From Ruthenibacterium lactatiformans (lineage in GTDB: Bacteria; Actinomycetota; Coriobacteriia; Coriobacteriales; QAMH01), in assembly GCA_963614215.1 (NCBI GenBank), contig CAVECB010000004.1, forward strand, positions 26,222 through 90,221: a DNA stretch of 64,000 nt, given 5' to 3'. The translations under genes were made by a program, and so were the position numbers. Below, piece after piece: positions 25,788-33,725 of this stretch (the stretch's first letter is position 1; every line of letters starts with the position of its first letter). The notes under the pieces were generated by a model that saw nothing but the letters and a program-made list of their open reading frames with translations, was not told the DNA's origin and did no database searches.

Positions 25788-28154
25788 ATGATCAACGAAT
25801 ACAACAAAGATCTGTACAAAACTGATGATTGGCGTTGGTACGAAGACGGTTATGAAGTGACCCGAACTTCCGTCTGGACAGGGCCTGGCTGCCACAACGG
25901 CTGCGGTGTCTTGACCTATGTCAAAGACGGCAAACTGGAGAGGGTTGAAGGCGATCCGAACTTCGCCTACAACCAGGGCAGACTGTGCTTGCGCTGCCTC
26001 AACATGGTCGAGCAGATCTACAACCACGACCGCCTGAAGTGGCCGCTGTTGCTGGACGGGCCGAAGGGCTCCAACCAGTGGAAGCGCGTCACCTGGGACG
26101 AGGCCCTCGACTTCATCGAGGAGGCTTTCGCGGACGTCTGCAAGATCATCAAAGAAGAGTTCGGCGGTATCGGGCCTGAGGGCGTCGTCGCCCTGTCCGG
26201 CACCGGCCGCAACGCCATGTGGCAGGGCGCTATGGTCCTGCGTACGGCGTTCGGTTCCCCGAACATGTCGTTCGGCTTCCTCTCGGCCGACTCCTGCTAC
26301 CAGCCGCGCATGACCGCCAACCTGCTGCAGGAAGGCGATTGCTGGATTCTCGACAACGCGCAGCTGCACCCGGATCGCTACAACAATGAGGAGTGGGTGA
26401 AACCCGAGGTCGTCATCGTCTGGGCAAACCAGCCGCTGGCTTCCAACCCTGACGGTTTCGTGGGCCACTGGCTGATCGACCTCATGCGCATGGGCACCAA
26501 GTTCATCGTCGTCGATCCCGCCCTCACCTGGCTGGCCTCCAAGGCCGACATCTGGTTGCAGATCCGTCCTGGCACCGACTGCGCGCTTGCGCTCGGCTTC
26601 CTGAACGTGATCATCAACGAGGATCTCTACGACCACGAGTGGACCGAGACTTGGACCTATGGTTTCGAGTCTTTGGTCGAGCGCGTCCAGGAGTACCCGA
26701 CCGACAAGGTCGCCGAGATTTGCTGGTGCGACGAGCAGCTCATCATCGACGCTGCCCGCATGTACGCTGCGGCCAAGCCCGCCGGCGTCCAGTGGGGTCT
26801 TGCCATCGACATGCAGATTTCTGCTATGGAGGCGTCCAACGCCATCGACGACATGGTCGCCATCTGCGGCAACCTCGACGTCCCCGGCGGCAACGTGCTC
26901 GTTCGCTACGCCTACAACTCTTCTAAGAAGTACGGCGCAGGCCTCGAGTTCATCTCCGAGGAGATGCTCGACCGCCGCATCGGCACGAGCCAGTCGCCCA
27001 TCCACAAGGCCGGCTACACGCCCTTCATCCCGCCCGATCTTTTGGTCGAGGCCATGGAGACCGGCGTGCCCTACCGCCCGCAGCTCATCTGGGTCGAGCA
27101 GACCAACCCGATCGCCAACATGGCCGGCGACGCGCCTCGTGTCTACAAGGCGTGGAAGAAGGTCAAGTACACGGTTGTGGCCGACTACTACCTGACCCCG
27201 ACCGCCGTGGCGTTCGCCGACTGCGTGCTCCCGATGGCCATGTCTGTCGAGCGCGACTCCTACCGCTCCTGGTGGCAGCCCCTGCGCACGATCACTGCGT
27301 CCGCGGGCCGCTACTACGAGTGCAAGTCTGACGAGGAACTCGTCATGGCTATGGGCAAGCGCTTCAACCCCGAGTTCTACAACCAGTTCGAGACGACCGA
27401 AGACTTCCTCACCTGGATGATCCAAGACGAGGGCAACGGCGTCGACTACACCTTCGAGGAGCTCACTCACAAGGTTTACGACTGGTGGGATTGGAACGAG
27501 ACCTACCGCAAGTACGAGAAGGGTCTGCTCCGCGAGGACGGCAACCCCGGCTTTGTCACCGCTACCGGCATGTTCGAGATCTACTCGCCGCTCTTCGACG
27601 TGTGGGGCTTCGATCCTCTGCCGCATCACATGGAGCCCTACGAGTCGCCTTACCGCACTCCCGAGCTCTACAAGGAGTACCCCTACATCTACACCTCTGG
27701 CCACCGTCACATCGGCCTGTTCCACTCCGAGCACCGTCAGCTGCCGCATATGCGCCAGTTCCATCCGACGGCCATCGCCGACGTCTCTCCCGAGATTGCC
27801 GAGGAGCAGGGCATCAAAGAGGGCGATTGGGTGTGGTTCGAGAACCCGCGCGGCAAGTGCAAGCAGGTTGCGCACATCGCCCCGGGCTTGCTGCCCAACC
27901 TCGTCCGTGCGCGTCACGGCTGGTGGTTCCCCGAGGAAGAGGCTGCGGAGCCGCATCTGTACGGCGTGTTCGACTCCAACGCCAACAACTTGACCACCAT
28001 GGGCGTCTACGGGCCCACGCACTACGGTGCTCCGTACAAGTCCACTCTGTGCAAGTGCTACAAGGTCACGGAAGAAAACGACTGCAGCCCGAGCGCAGAG
28101 ATCACGACCAAGCCCCTCAAGGGCTACCACTTCACTAGGTTCGAGGGGGTGTGA
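25788..28154 (+). CDS. Molybdopterin (bis-MGD) oxidoreductase catalytic subunit, DMSO-reductase superfamily, no Tat signal
   Basis: 788 aa. The N-terminal 4Fe-4S motif GPGCHNGCGVLTYVKDGKLERVEGDPNFAYNQGRLCLRC starts about 30 aa in. No twin-arginine or hydrophobic leader. RBS AAAGGGAGGGGAG. Confidence 0.9.
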   Translation: MINEYNKDLYKTDDWRWYEDGYEVTRTSVWTGPGCHNGCGVLTYVKDGKLERVEGDPNFAYNQGRLCLRCLNMVEQIYNHDRLKWPLLLDGPKGSNQWKRVTWDEALDFIEEAFADVCKIIKEEFGGIGPEGVVALSGTGRNAMWQGAMVLRTAFGSPNMSFGFLSADSCYQPRMTANLLQEGDCWILDNAQLHPDRYNNEEWVKPEVVIVWANQPLASNPDGFVGHWLIDLMRMGTKFIVVDPALTWLASKADIWLQIRPGTDCALALGFLNVIINEDLYDHEWTETWTYGFESLVERVQEYPTDKVAEICWCDEQLIIDAARMYAAAKPAGVQWGLAIDMQISAMEASNAIDDMVAICGNLDVPGGNVLVRYAYNSSKKYGAGLEFISEEMLDRRIGTSQSPIHKAGYTPFIPPDLLVEAMETGVPYRPQLIWVEQTNPIANMAGDAPRVYKAWKKVKYTVVADYYLTPTAVAFADCVLPMAMSVERDSYRSWWQPLRTITASAGRYYECKSDEELVMAMGKRFNPEFYNQFETTEDFLTWMIQDEGNGVDYTFEELTHKVYDWWDWNETYRKYEKGLLREDGNPGFVTATGMFEIYSPLFDVWGFDPLPHHMEPYESPYRTPELYKEYPYIYTSGHRHIGLFHSEHRQLPHMRQFHPTAIADVSPEIAEEQGIKEGDWVWFENPRGKCKQVAHIAPGLLPNLVRARHGWWFPEEEAAEPHLYGVFDSNANNLTTMGVYGPTHYGAPYKSTLCKCYKVTEENDCSPSAEITTKPLKGYHFTRFEGV

Positions 28155-28156
28155 TT

Positions 28157-28567
28157 ATGCCTACAGCAGAAGAGATGAACCGCGGTTTCGACGCGATCGA
28201 GTACTGGGCGAACTTCAAGGACGCCAACGCCGAGGGCTCCACCCACGGCCTGCTGATCGACTACGAGTACTGCACCGAGTGCCACTCCTGCGAGGTCGCC
28301 TGCCAGATGCACCTTGGCTTGGCGCCCAACGAGTGGGGCATCAAGTGCGCTGAGTACGGCCCGATCAAAAACATCAACGGCAAGTGGGAGTGGACCTATG
28401 TGCCCATTCCGACCGACCTGTGCGATGGCTGCGCGGACCGTGTTGAGCAAGGACGTTTGCCGAATTGCGTGCACCACTGCCAGTCCGGCGTGATGTTCTT
28501 CGGCACCATCGAGGAGCTTGCCAAGAAGGCCTCCGAGAAGAAGAAGATGGTTCTGTTCACGCTCTAG
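28157..28567 (+). CDS. Small 4Fe-4S ferredoxin-type subunit (truncated DmsB-like)
   Basis: YCTECHSCEVAC and CDGCADRVEQGRLPNCVHHC motifs. ATG 28157 sits 7 nt after GAGGGGG. An alternative GTG 28151 overlaps the large-subunit TGA. Confidence 0.85.
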   Translation: MPTAEEMNRGFDAIEYWANFKDANAEGSTHGLLIDYEYCTECHSCEVACQMHLGLAPNEWGIKCAEYGPIKNINGKWEWTYVPIPTDLCDGCADRVEQGRLPNCVHHCQSGVMFFGTIEELAKKASEKKKMVLFTL

Positions 28568-28574
28568 CGTTTGG

Positions 28575-28623
28575 TTTCACCCTTTGATGGCCCGGGCAAT
28601 CCCGCCCGGGCCTGAAGGTGAAA
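28575..28623 (+). other. Intercistronic extended hairpin
   Basis: TTTCACC-ctttgat-GGCCCGGGC-aatcc-GCCCGGGCC-tgaag-GGTGAAA. Lies between the Fe-S subunit stop and the RBS of the next microprotein gene. Confidence 0.6.
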
Positions 28624-28640
28624 GAAAAAGGAGGAATAGC

Positions 28641-28850
28641 ATGTCTCAGCAAATGAAGGGCGGTTTCCGTCCGCCCCCAATCGGCAACATCCTGTGGAAG
28701 TGCCCGGAGTGCAACACCTTCAACGCGGCCGATGCGGACACCTGCAAGAAATGTGGCGCGTCCAAGGTCATCACCGACGATATCGCTGGTGCGACCTACA
28801 AGCCCATTGACGAGTCCGAGCGCAGGAACCAGGACAAGAAGTTCAAGTAG
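28641..28850 (+). CDS. Zinc-ribbon microprotein (paralogue of 25253-25513)
   Basis: MSQQMKGGFRPPPIGNILWKCPECNTFNAADADTCKKCGASK... RBS AAAAAGGAGGAA before ATG 28641. Shares FRPP..(K)C..C..FN......CKKCGA with the upstream paralogue. Confidence 0.6.
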   Translation: MSQQMKGGFRPPPIGNILWKCPECNTFNAADADTCKKCGASKVITDDIAGATYKPIDESERRNQDKKFK

Positions 28851-29052
28851 AGGAGAGTTTTCTCTCGTCTAGGAGGGCGGCCGAAGAGATAGACGGGTTT
28901 TCAGCGCGTTGTCTTTTCGGCCGTTTCCCGTTTGGGAAAAAGAGCAGGCCGCCTCAGGTTGTAGCAGAACCCAAGACGGCCTTGCGAAAACCATTGTTGC
29001 TCTACCCGTTTGAAAGCAAGTGATTTTGCATTTCCTCACTAAGGAGGGGGTT

Positions 29053-30480
29053 ATGGCAGAAGCAAACAACGGTAAATTTACTATATCCCAGGCAGTCGAT
29101 TCGCTTGGGGTGAGCAAGTTCACCATATCAATATTTTTCCTAGTCGGCATCGCCATGATGTTCGACGGCTACGACTACATGATCATCTCGTACACGAATA
29201 CGCAGATCATGAACGATTTCTTCCCGCTGGCCAGCTTCGGCGGGGACGTCGCGGCCCAAAACGCGGCGACTGCCGCGCTGAAGGGCGCTCTGTCGTCGTG
29301 GTCGACCATCGGCATCGTCGTCGGGTCGTTTTGCGCAGGGCCTCTGTCTGATCGTCTGGGCCGCAGGAAGGTCCTTACGGCAGGCACGTTCCTCTATGGC
29401 CTGTTCACCATTCCGTGCATCTTTGCGCCGACCTACGAGGCCTTCGCGGTTTTCCGCGTCATCGCCGGCCTGTTCCTCGGTGTGTGCACGCCCATCGTGA
29501 CGACGCTGTTCACCGAGTTCACCCCGACCAAGCAGCGCTCGTTTTTCATCACCTTCGGCATGGCGTGGATGATCGTCGGCTGGGTTTTGGCCGCCATCAT
29601 CGGCACCGTCATCGTCCAGGTGACGACCTGGCACGTCTGCTACGCCATCGGCGCGTTCCCCGTTATCTACGCGTTCATATTCGGGTTCTTCACGCCTGAA
29701 TCCGCGCACTGGATGTCGGTCAAGGGCAATCCCGAGGGCGCCATCAAGACGCTGGAGCGCATCCAAAAGCGTGCGGGCAAGCCGATGCCGTTTGACTTGA
29801 AGCCCGAAAACATCCTCGTGCCGCCCGTGTCGGAGAAGGCCAGCCCGGCCGAGGTCTGGAAGGGCAAGTACCTCAAGACCACGATCGCGCTCGTCGTCAT
29901 CTACTTCGCCGGCAACTTCAGCATCTACGGCGTGAACGCTTGGCTGCCCTCGCTCATGCTCGAGGCTACCGGCGGCGCCGTCACCGCTTCCTACATGCTG
30001 GCAATGGCGCAAAACGCGGCATCTGTCGTCGCGAACTGCACGACCGGCTATGTGTCCGAGGCCATCGGGCGCCGGCGCAACCTGGCGTTCGGCTACATCT
30101 TCGCCACGGCGATGTGCATCATCACGGCCCTTGTGGTCACGCTGCCTGCCGAGACGAGCTTCTGGCCGTACCTGATTGCCTTCGTGTTCATGGGCTTTGC
30201 TCTGAACTACGGCATCACGGCCGCGCAGCCCATGATGTCGGAGTCCTATCCGACCGAGTTCAGGAACTCCGGCGTGGCGACCATCGTCGCCTTGGGCAAG
30301 TCTGCCGGCATCCTGTCCCCGATTGTGCTCGGCGGCCTGAAGGCGGCGGGCTGGGCGTTCACCCCGCTTATCGCCATCCTGGCCATCCCCATGTTCATTG
30401 GCTTTTTGGCCACCTTCCTGCTCCCGAAGGGTGCCAAGGGCATGGACATCGACGACATCGCAAGCGAGAACAACGACTAG
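29053..30480 (+). CDS. MFS transporter, aromatic acid:H+ symporter (AAHS)-like
   Basis: FFLVGIAMMFDGYDYMIISY and GPLSDRLGRRKVL (MFS motif A), about 12 TM helices. RBS TAAGGAGGGGG before ATG 29053. Confidence 0.85.
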   Translation: MAEANNGKFTISQAVDSLGVSKFTISIFFLVGIAMMFDGYDYMIISYTNTQIMNDFFPLASFGGDVAAQNAATAALKGALSSWSTIGIVVGSFCAGPLSDRLGRRKVLTAGTFLYGLFTIPCIFAPTYEAFAVFRVIAGLFLGVCTPIVTTLFTEFTPTKQRSFFITFGMAWMIVGWVLAAIIGTVIVQVTTWHVCYAIGAFPVIYAFIFGFFTPESAHWMSVKGNPEGAIKTLERIQKRAGKPMPFDLKPENILVPPVSEKASPAEVWKGKYLKTTIALVVIYFAGNFSIYGVNAWLPSLMLEATGGAVTASYMLAMAQNAASVVANCTTGYVSEAIGRRRNLAFGYIFATAMCIITALVVTLPAETSFWPYLIAFVFMGFALNYGITAAQPMMSESYPTEFRNSGVATIVALGKSAGILSPIVLGGLKAAGWAFTPLIAILAIPMFIGFLATFLLPKGAKGMDIDDIASENND

Positions 30481-30510
30481 CTCGCGTTTTCGCTTCGAGT
30501 TTTAAAAGTC

Positions 30511-30553
30511 GCGGGCGTGTGGGGCAGCTCCTCGCACGCCCGTTCTTTTTCTT
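30511..30553 (+). terminator. Rho-independent-type terminator after the MFS gene
   Basis: GCGGGCGTG-loop-CACGCCCGT, followed by TCTTTTTCTT. Confidence 0.55.
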
Positions 30554-30615
30554 GCGCTGGCAGTTCGCGCATGGTGAAATATGGGGCTCTACGAGAGGAA
30601 AGGTGCGTTTTCGAC

Positions 30616-30912
30616 ATGGGACTGTTCAACACGAAGCCGGCCGACGTGCCGCAGATGCCGGAAAACCCCATCGTGTGCCCCTTTTGCGGCAACCGCTCGA
30701 CCAGCGAGAAGTTTTGCTCGAGCTGCGGGGCGAAGTTCACCCGAGAGGTCTTGCAGGTGGCCTCGCGCGAGAAAGACGACACGCGCGACGATAGGATAGG
30801 GCCGTTTTCCACCAAGACCGCCAAGCGCCTGCTGTGGGTGCTCATCATCGTTTTGGTAGCCCTGTTCATCTTCTTCACCGAGCGCTTGCGCGACAACCCA
30901 ATGTTCAACTAG
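30616..30912 (+). CDS. Zinc-ribbon protein with a C-terminal TM helix
   Basis: MGLFNTKPADVPQMPENPIVCPFCGNRSTSEKFCSSCGAKF ... LLWVLIIVLVALFIFF. The start lies downstream of the terminator hairpin. Confidence 0.5.
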   Translation: MGLFNTKPADVPQMPENPIVCPFCGNRSTSEKFCSSCGAKFTREVLQVASREKDDTRDDRIGPFSTKTAKRLLWVLIIVLVALFIFFTERLRDNPMFN

Positions 30913-30970
30913 CCGGCTGGCATCGCGGCACCTTCGGATGCGGCGTGCGACAAAAGGAGCTCTGAGGAGG

Positions 30971-32101
30971 ATGGACGGGCAGGTGGCGCGCCTCGGTTTC
31001 GGAGGCATGTTCGGGCACGGAAAGACCGTGGACAGGGTGGATCTTGACGAGCTCTCCAGAGCCGTCGATGTGTTTTTGGACAGCGGTTACAATTTCTTCG
31101 ACAACGCGTTTGCCTACGATGCTGAAGAGCCTGCACTGGAACGGGTCTTGTTCAGCCGTCGTGCGCGCGAGGACTACGAAGTCTCCCAGAAGATCACGCC
31201 GTGGAAGATGAACTCACCGGCGCAGATGCGCGAGAATTTCGAGCGCTCGCTTGCATCGACCAGCGTCGGCTACTACGACTACCTCATGCTCCACAACGTC
31301 TCGACGCAGGGCGCCCGTGCGCAGAAATTCGAGGATATGGACGCCTGGGACTTCGTCTTGGAACAAAAGGAGCGCGGCCTTGCGGCCAAGGTGGGCTTTT
31401 CCTTCCATGACCGTCCGGAGATGCTCGAGTCGTTTATCGAGGCGCATCCGCAGGCCGAGTTCGTCATGCTGCAGTTGAACTACTACGACTGGGACAGCCA
31501 GCTTGTCTGCGCCAAGCGCAACTGCGAGGTGGCGCGCGCGCATGGCCTGCCCATATTCGTCATGAAGCCCTTCCGGGGCGGCGTCCTCGCGCGGCTGCCC
31601 GAAGCGGCGCGCGTCCTTTTGGACGAGGCAAAAGTCTCGCCCGCAGAGCTTGCCTTGGGCTTTTGCGCGTCCGTGCCCGGCGTCCACACCGTTTTCGCCA
31701 CTATGAACTCGGCTGTCGAGACCGCAGACGATATCGCGGCGTTCGCGCATTTCCCGAAGCTCTCGCCACAGCTTCGCGCCGAGCTCGTCGATGAGGTGGT
31801 GAAGATTCTCGATGCCGTTGAGCGCATCGAGTGCGTCGATTGCCGCTATTGCGTAGATGTGTGCCCGAAGCGAATACGGATTCCTTGGATCTTGCAGGCG
31901 CTCAACGACCGGGAGGTCTTCGGGCCGGCCTTGGCGCGGCGTTCGTATCTGTGGGAGACGAATTTCGGAGGGCGCGCGTCCGAGTGTATCTCGTGCGGTC
32001 GCTGCCTGGACCAGTGTTCGACGCGTCTGGACATACCCGCGTTGCTTGCGCGCGCCGCCGAGACCTTCGAAGACGGGGCGGGGGACTCTCCTAGCTGGTG
32101 A
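30971..32101 (+). CDS. Aldo/keto reductase fused to a C-terminal 2x[4Fe-4S]-type ferredoxin domain
   Basis: LGFGGMFG, DSGYNFFDNAFAY, KVGFSFHD, FVMLQLNYYDW (AKR order), then CVDCRYCVDVCP and CISCGRCLDQC. RBS GAGGAGG before ATG 30971. Confidence 0.8.
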   Translation: MDGQVARLGFGGMFGHGKTVDRVDLDELSRAVDVFLDSGYNFFDNAFAYDAEEPALERVLFSRRAREDYEVSQKITPWKMNSPAQMRENFERSLASTSVGYYDYLMLHNVSTQGARAQKFEDMDAWDFVLEQKERGLAAKVGFSFHDRPEMLESFIEAHPQAEFVMLQLNYYDWDSQLVCAKRNCEVARAHGLPIFVMKPFRGGVLARLPEAARVLLDEAKVSPAELALGFCASVPGVHTVFATMNSAVETADDIAAFAHFPKLSPQLRAELVDEVVKILDAVERIECVDCRYCVDVCPKRIRIPWILQALNDREVFGPALARRSYLWETNFGGRASECISCGRCLDQCSTRLDIPALLARAAETFEDGAGDSPSW

Positions 32102-32172
32102 GCGTGGTATTTACCGTGCGATGTGGCGCATGTTGTGCCTGTTCGCGGCGGCGCGCTATTGCGCGGGTGGCT

Positions 32173-32197
32173 CACGCGTCTGGGTGAAAGACGCGTG
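32173..32197. terminator. Hairpin between convergent genes
   Basis: CACGCGTCT-gggtgaa-AGACGCGTG, a perfect 9-bp stem with no clear U-tract. Confidence 0.35.
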
Positions 32198-32235
32198 TGG
32201 CGTGAGAGCTTGAAGAAGCGTCCGGCATGCTTGTC

Positions 32236-33612
32236 TCACGGCAGGGGACGCAGCATGTGCACGGCATCGTCTGCAGGCGAGTTGTAGTAGCCGGTCACGA
32301 TATCCATTTCAGTAAAACCCGCATGCGCATAGAGTCCGCGGGCGGGCACGTTTGCCGCGCGGACGTGCAGCTGCATGGCCGTGCAGTCGTCGTCGGCCGC
32401 CTGCGCGCACGCGTGCTCGAGCAGTAGCGTGCCCAGTCCCTTTCTGCGCGCGGGTGCGGCGACGGCTATGTGCATGATGGTCGCAAGGCCCGTCTCGGCC
32501 GCTTCCCACCAGCCGACGTATCCCGCGATGCGCTCGTCTTCGCCGCGCGCGACGACATAGCGCGCGGCCGGGTTGTGGCGCAGCTCCATGGCGTAGGCAA
32601 GCGGCGTCCATGGGTCGGGAAAGGCACCTGCCTCGATGGCCATGACCTGCCCCAAGTCGGTTTCGGTCATGGGGGAGAGGGCGAAGGGGGAGCCGTTCGC
32701 GTCATTTTCGCTTGCGCTGCCGACATCGTCCGTGTTGCAGCGCCCGTCGCCTTCACCCCGGCTGCCCGCCGCGCTCGTGCCGCTTGCTTTGGAACGTGCA
32801 TCCCCTTCACCCGCTTTGGGCTTGCGCGCCGTGACCATGAAGGTGTTCGAGCAGTGGTAGTAGTCGTCGCGTTCAAACAGGGCGCGCCACGCGTCCAGCA
32901 GGCGGGTTTGCTCGCAGGCGATGCTCTCCGGCAGCCCGTCGGGCACGTTTTTGCGGAAGTAGGTGAAGCGCTCGAAGAGGTCCATGCGCTCGGCGCGAGT
33001 TTTGCCCAAGGTGTCGGTCGTGTGGATCGCCACGTCCACATCGGAAAATCCCGCCTCGGCCAGCAGCGCCGGGCATTTCTGTCCGTTGTTGCGGTCGGTG
33101 TGGCGCGTGTGCGGCGTGCGCGGCGCGATCTCGGCTTCGTAGAGGGTGAAAAGGCGACGCATGACGTGCTCGGGGTCGGGCCAGGACAGCTTGCAGGAGT
33201 CGTCGAAGGTCTTGATGATGATGTGGCCGCCCGGCTTGAGCAGGCGCCAGGCGTTTGTGAGCGCCGCGCCCTTGTCGCGCACGTGTTGAAAGACATGCGA
33301 GAAGTAGACGACATCGAAGCTTTCTGCCTGCCCGGCCCAGTCTTGCGCGTCGCCTCGCTCCCAGGAAAAGCGCGCATCGTAGGTTCGTTCGCGCGCCTCG
33401 GCCAGCGCGTCTTCATCCGGGTCGATGCCTACGACGGCCGCGATATTTGCGTAGCAGGAAAACTTCAGTACGGTATTGAAGCCGTCGAAGCAGCCCATGT
33501 CGAGCACGCGCGCGTCCTCTACGGCATCAAGTCCGATGCGCTCGAAGGCGGCGAAATCGTATGCCGCGCTGTCGCTGGCCACCTGGTCTATGCGCGCCTT
33601 GCCCCAGCCCAC
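32236..33612 (-). CDS. Class I SAM methyltransferase - RimI-type GNAT acetyltransferase fusion
   Basis: N-terminus: VLDMGCFDGFNTV...FDVVYFSHVFQHV (SAM methyltransferase motifs I and post-I). Acidic/Gly linker. C-terminus: IMHIAVAAPARRKGLGTLLLEHA...VRAANVPARGLYAHAGF (RimI-like). Confidence 0.8.
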   Translation of the reverse strand: MGWGKARIDQVASDSAAYDFAAFERIGLDAVEDARVLDMGCFDGFNTVLKFSCYANIAAVVGIDPDEDALAEARERTYDARFSWERGDAQDWAGQAESFDVVYFSHVFQHVRDKGAALTNAWRLLKPGGHIIIKTFDDSCKLSWPDPEHVMRRLFTLYEAEIAPRTPHTRHTDRNNGQKCPALLAEAGFSDVDVAIHTTDTLGKTRAERMDLFERFTYFRKNVPDGLPESIACEQTRLLDAWRALFERDDYYHCSNTFMVTARKPKAGEGDARSKASGTSAAGSRGEGDGRCNTDDVGSASENDANGSPFALSPMTETDLGQVMAIEAGAFPDPWTPLAYAMELRHNPAARYVVARGEDERIAGYVGWWEAAETGLATIMHIAVAAPARRKGLGTLLLEHACAQAADDDCTAMQLHVRAANVPARGLYAHAGFTEMDIVTGYYNSPADDAVHMLRPLP

Positions 33613-33725
33613 GAATTCCTTCCCCAGCTCGAAGGCCGCCGCCTGCGGCGTCTTTTGCGATGCCTAGCGGCCGGCCTCTCCTGCCTCGTTGTTGCCTTTT
33701 ACTTCCGCACAGCTTTTCGCGTCGA

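Noticed and set aside
25788-25910. Tat signal peptide or in-frame TGA selenocysteine in the Mo enzyme
   Set aside because: The N-terminus MINEYNKDLYKTDDWRWYEDG has no RR motif or hydrophobic core, and the ORF is uninterrupted by TGA.
25752-28130. 792-aa ORF on the minus strand covering the whole Mo-enzyme gene
   Set aside because: It is antisense to an ORF with clear molybdopterin-enzyme motifs and a strong RBS. Its product is Arg/Gly/Val/Ala/Asp-rich with no motif. Long stop-free antisense frames are expected at about 65% G+C.
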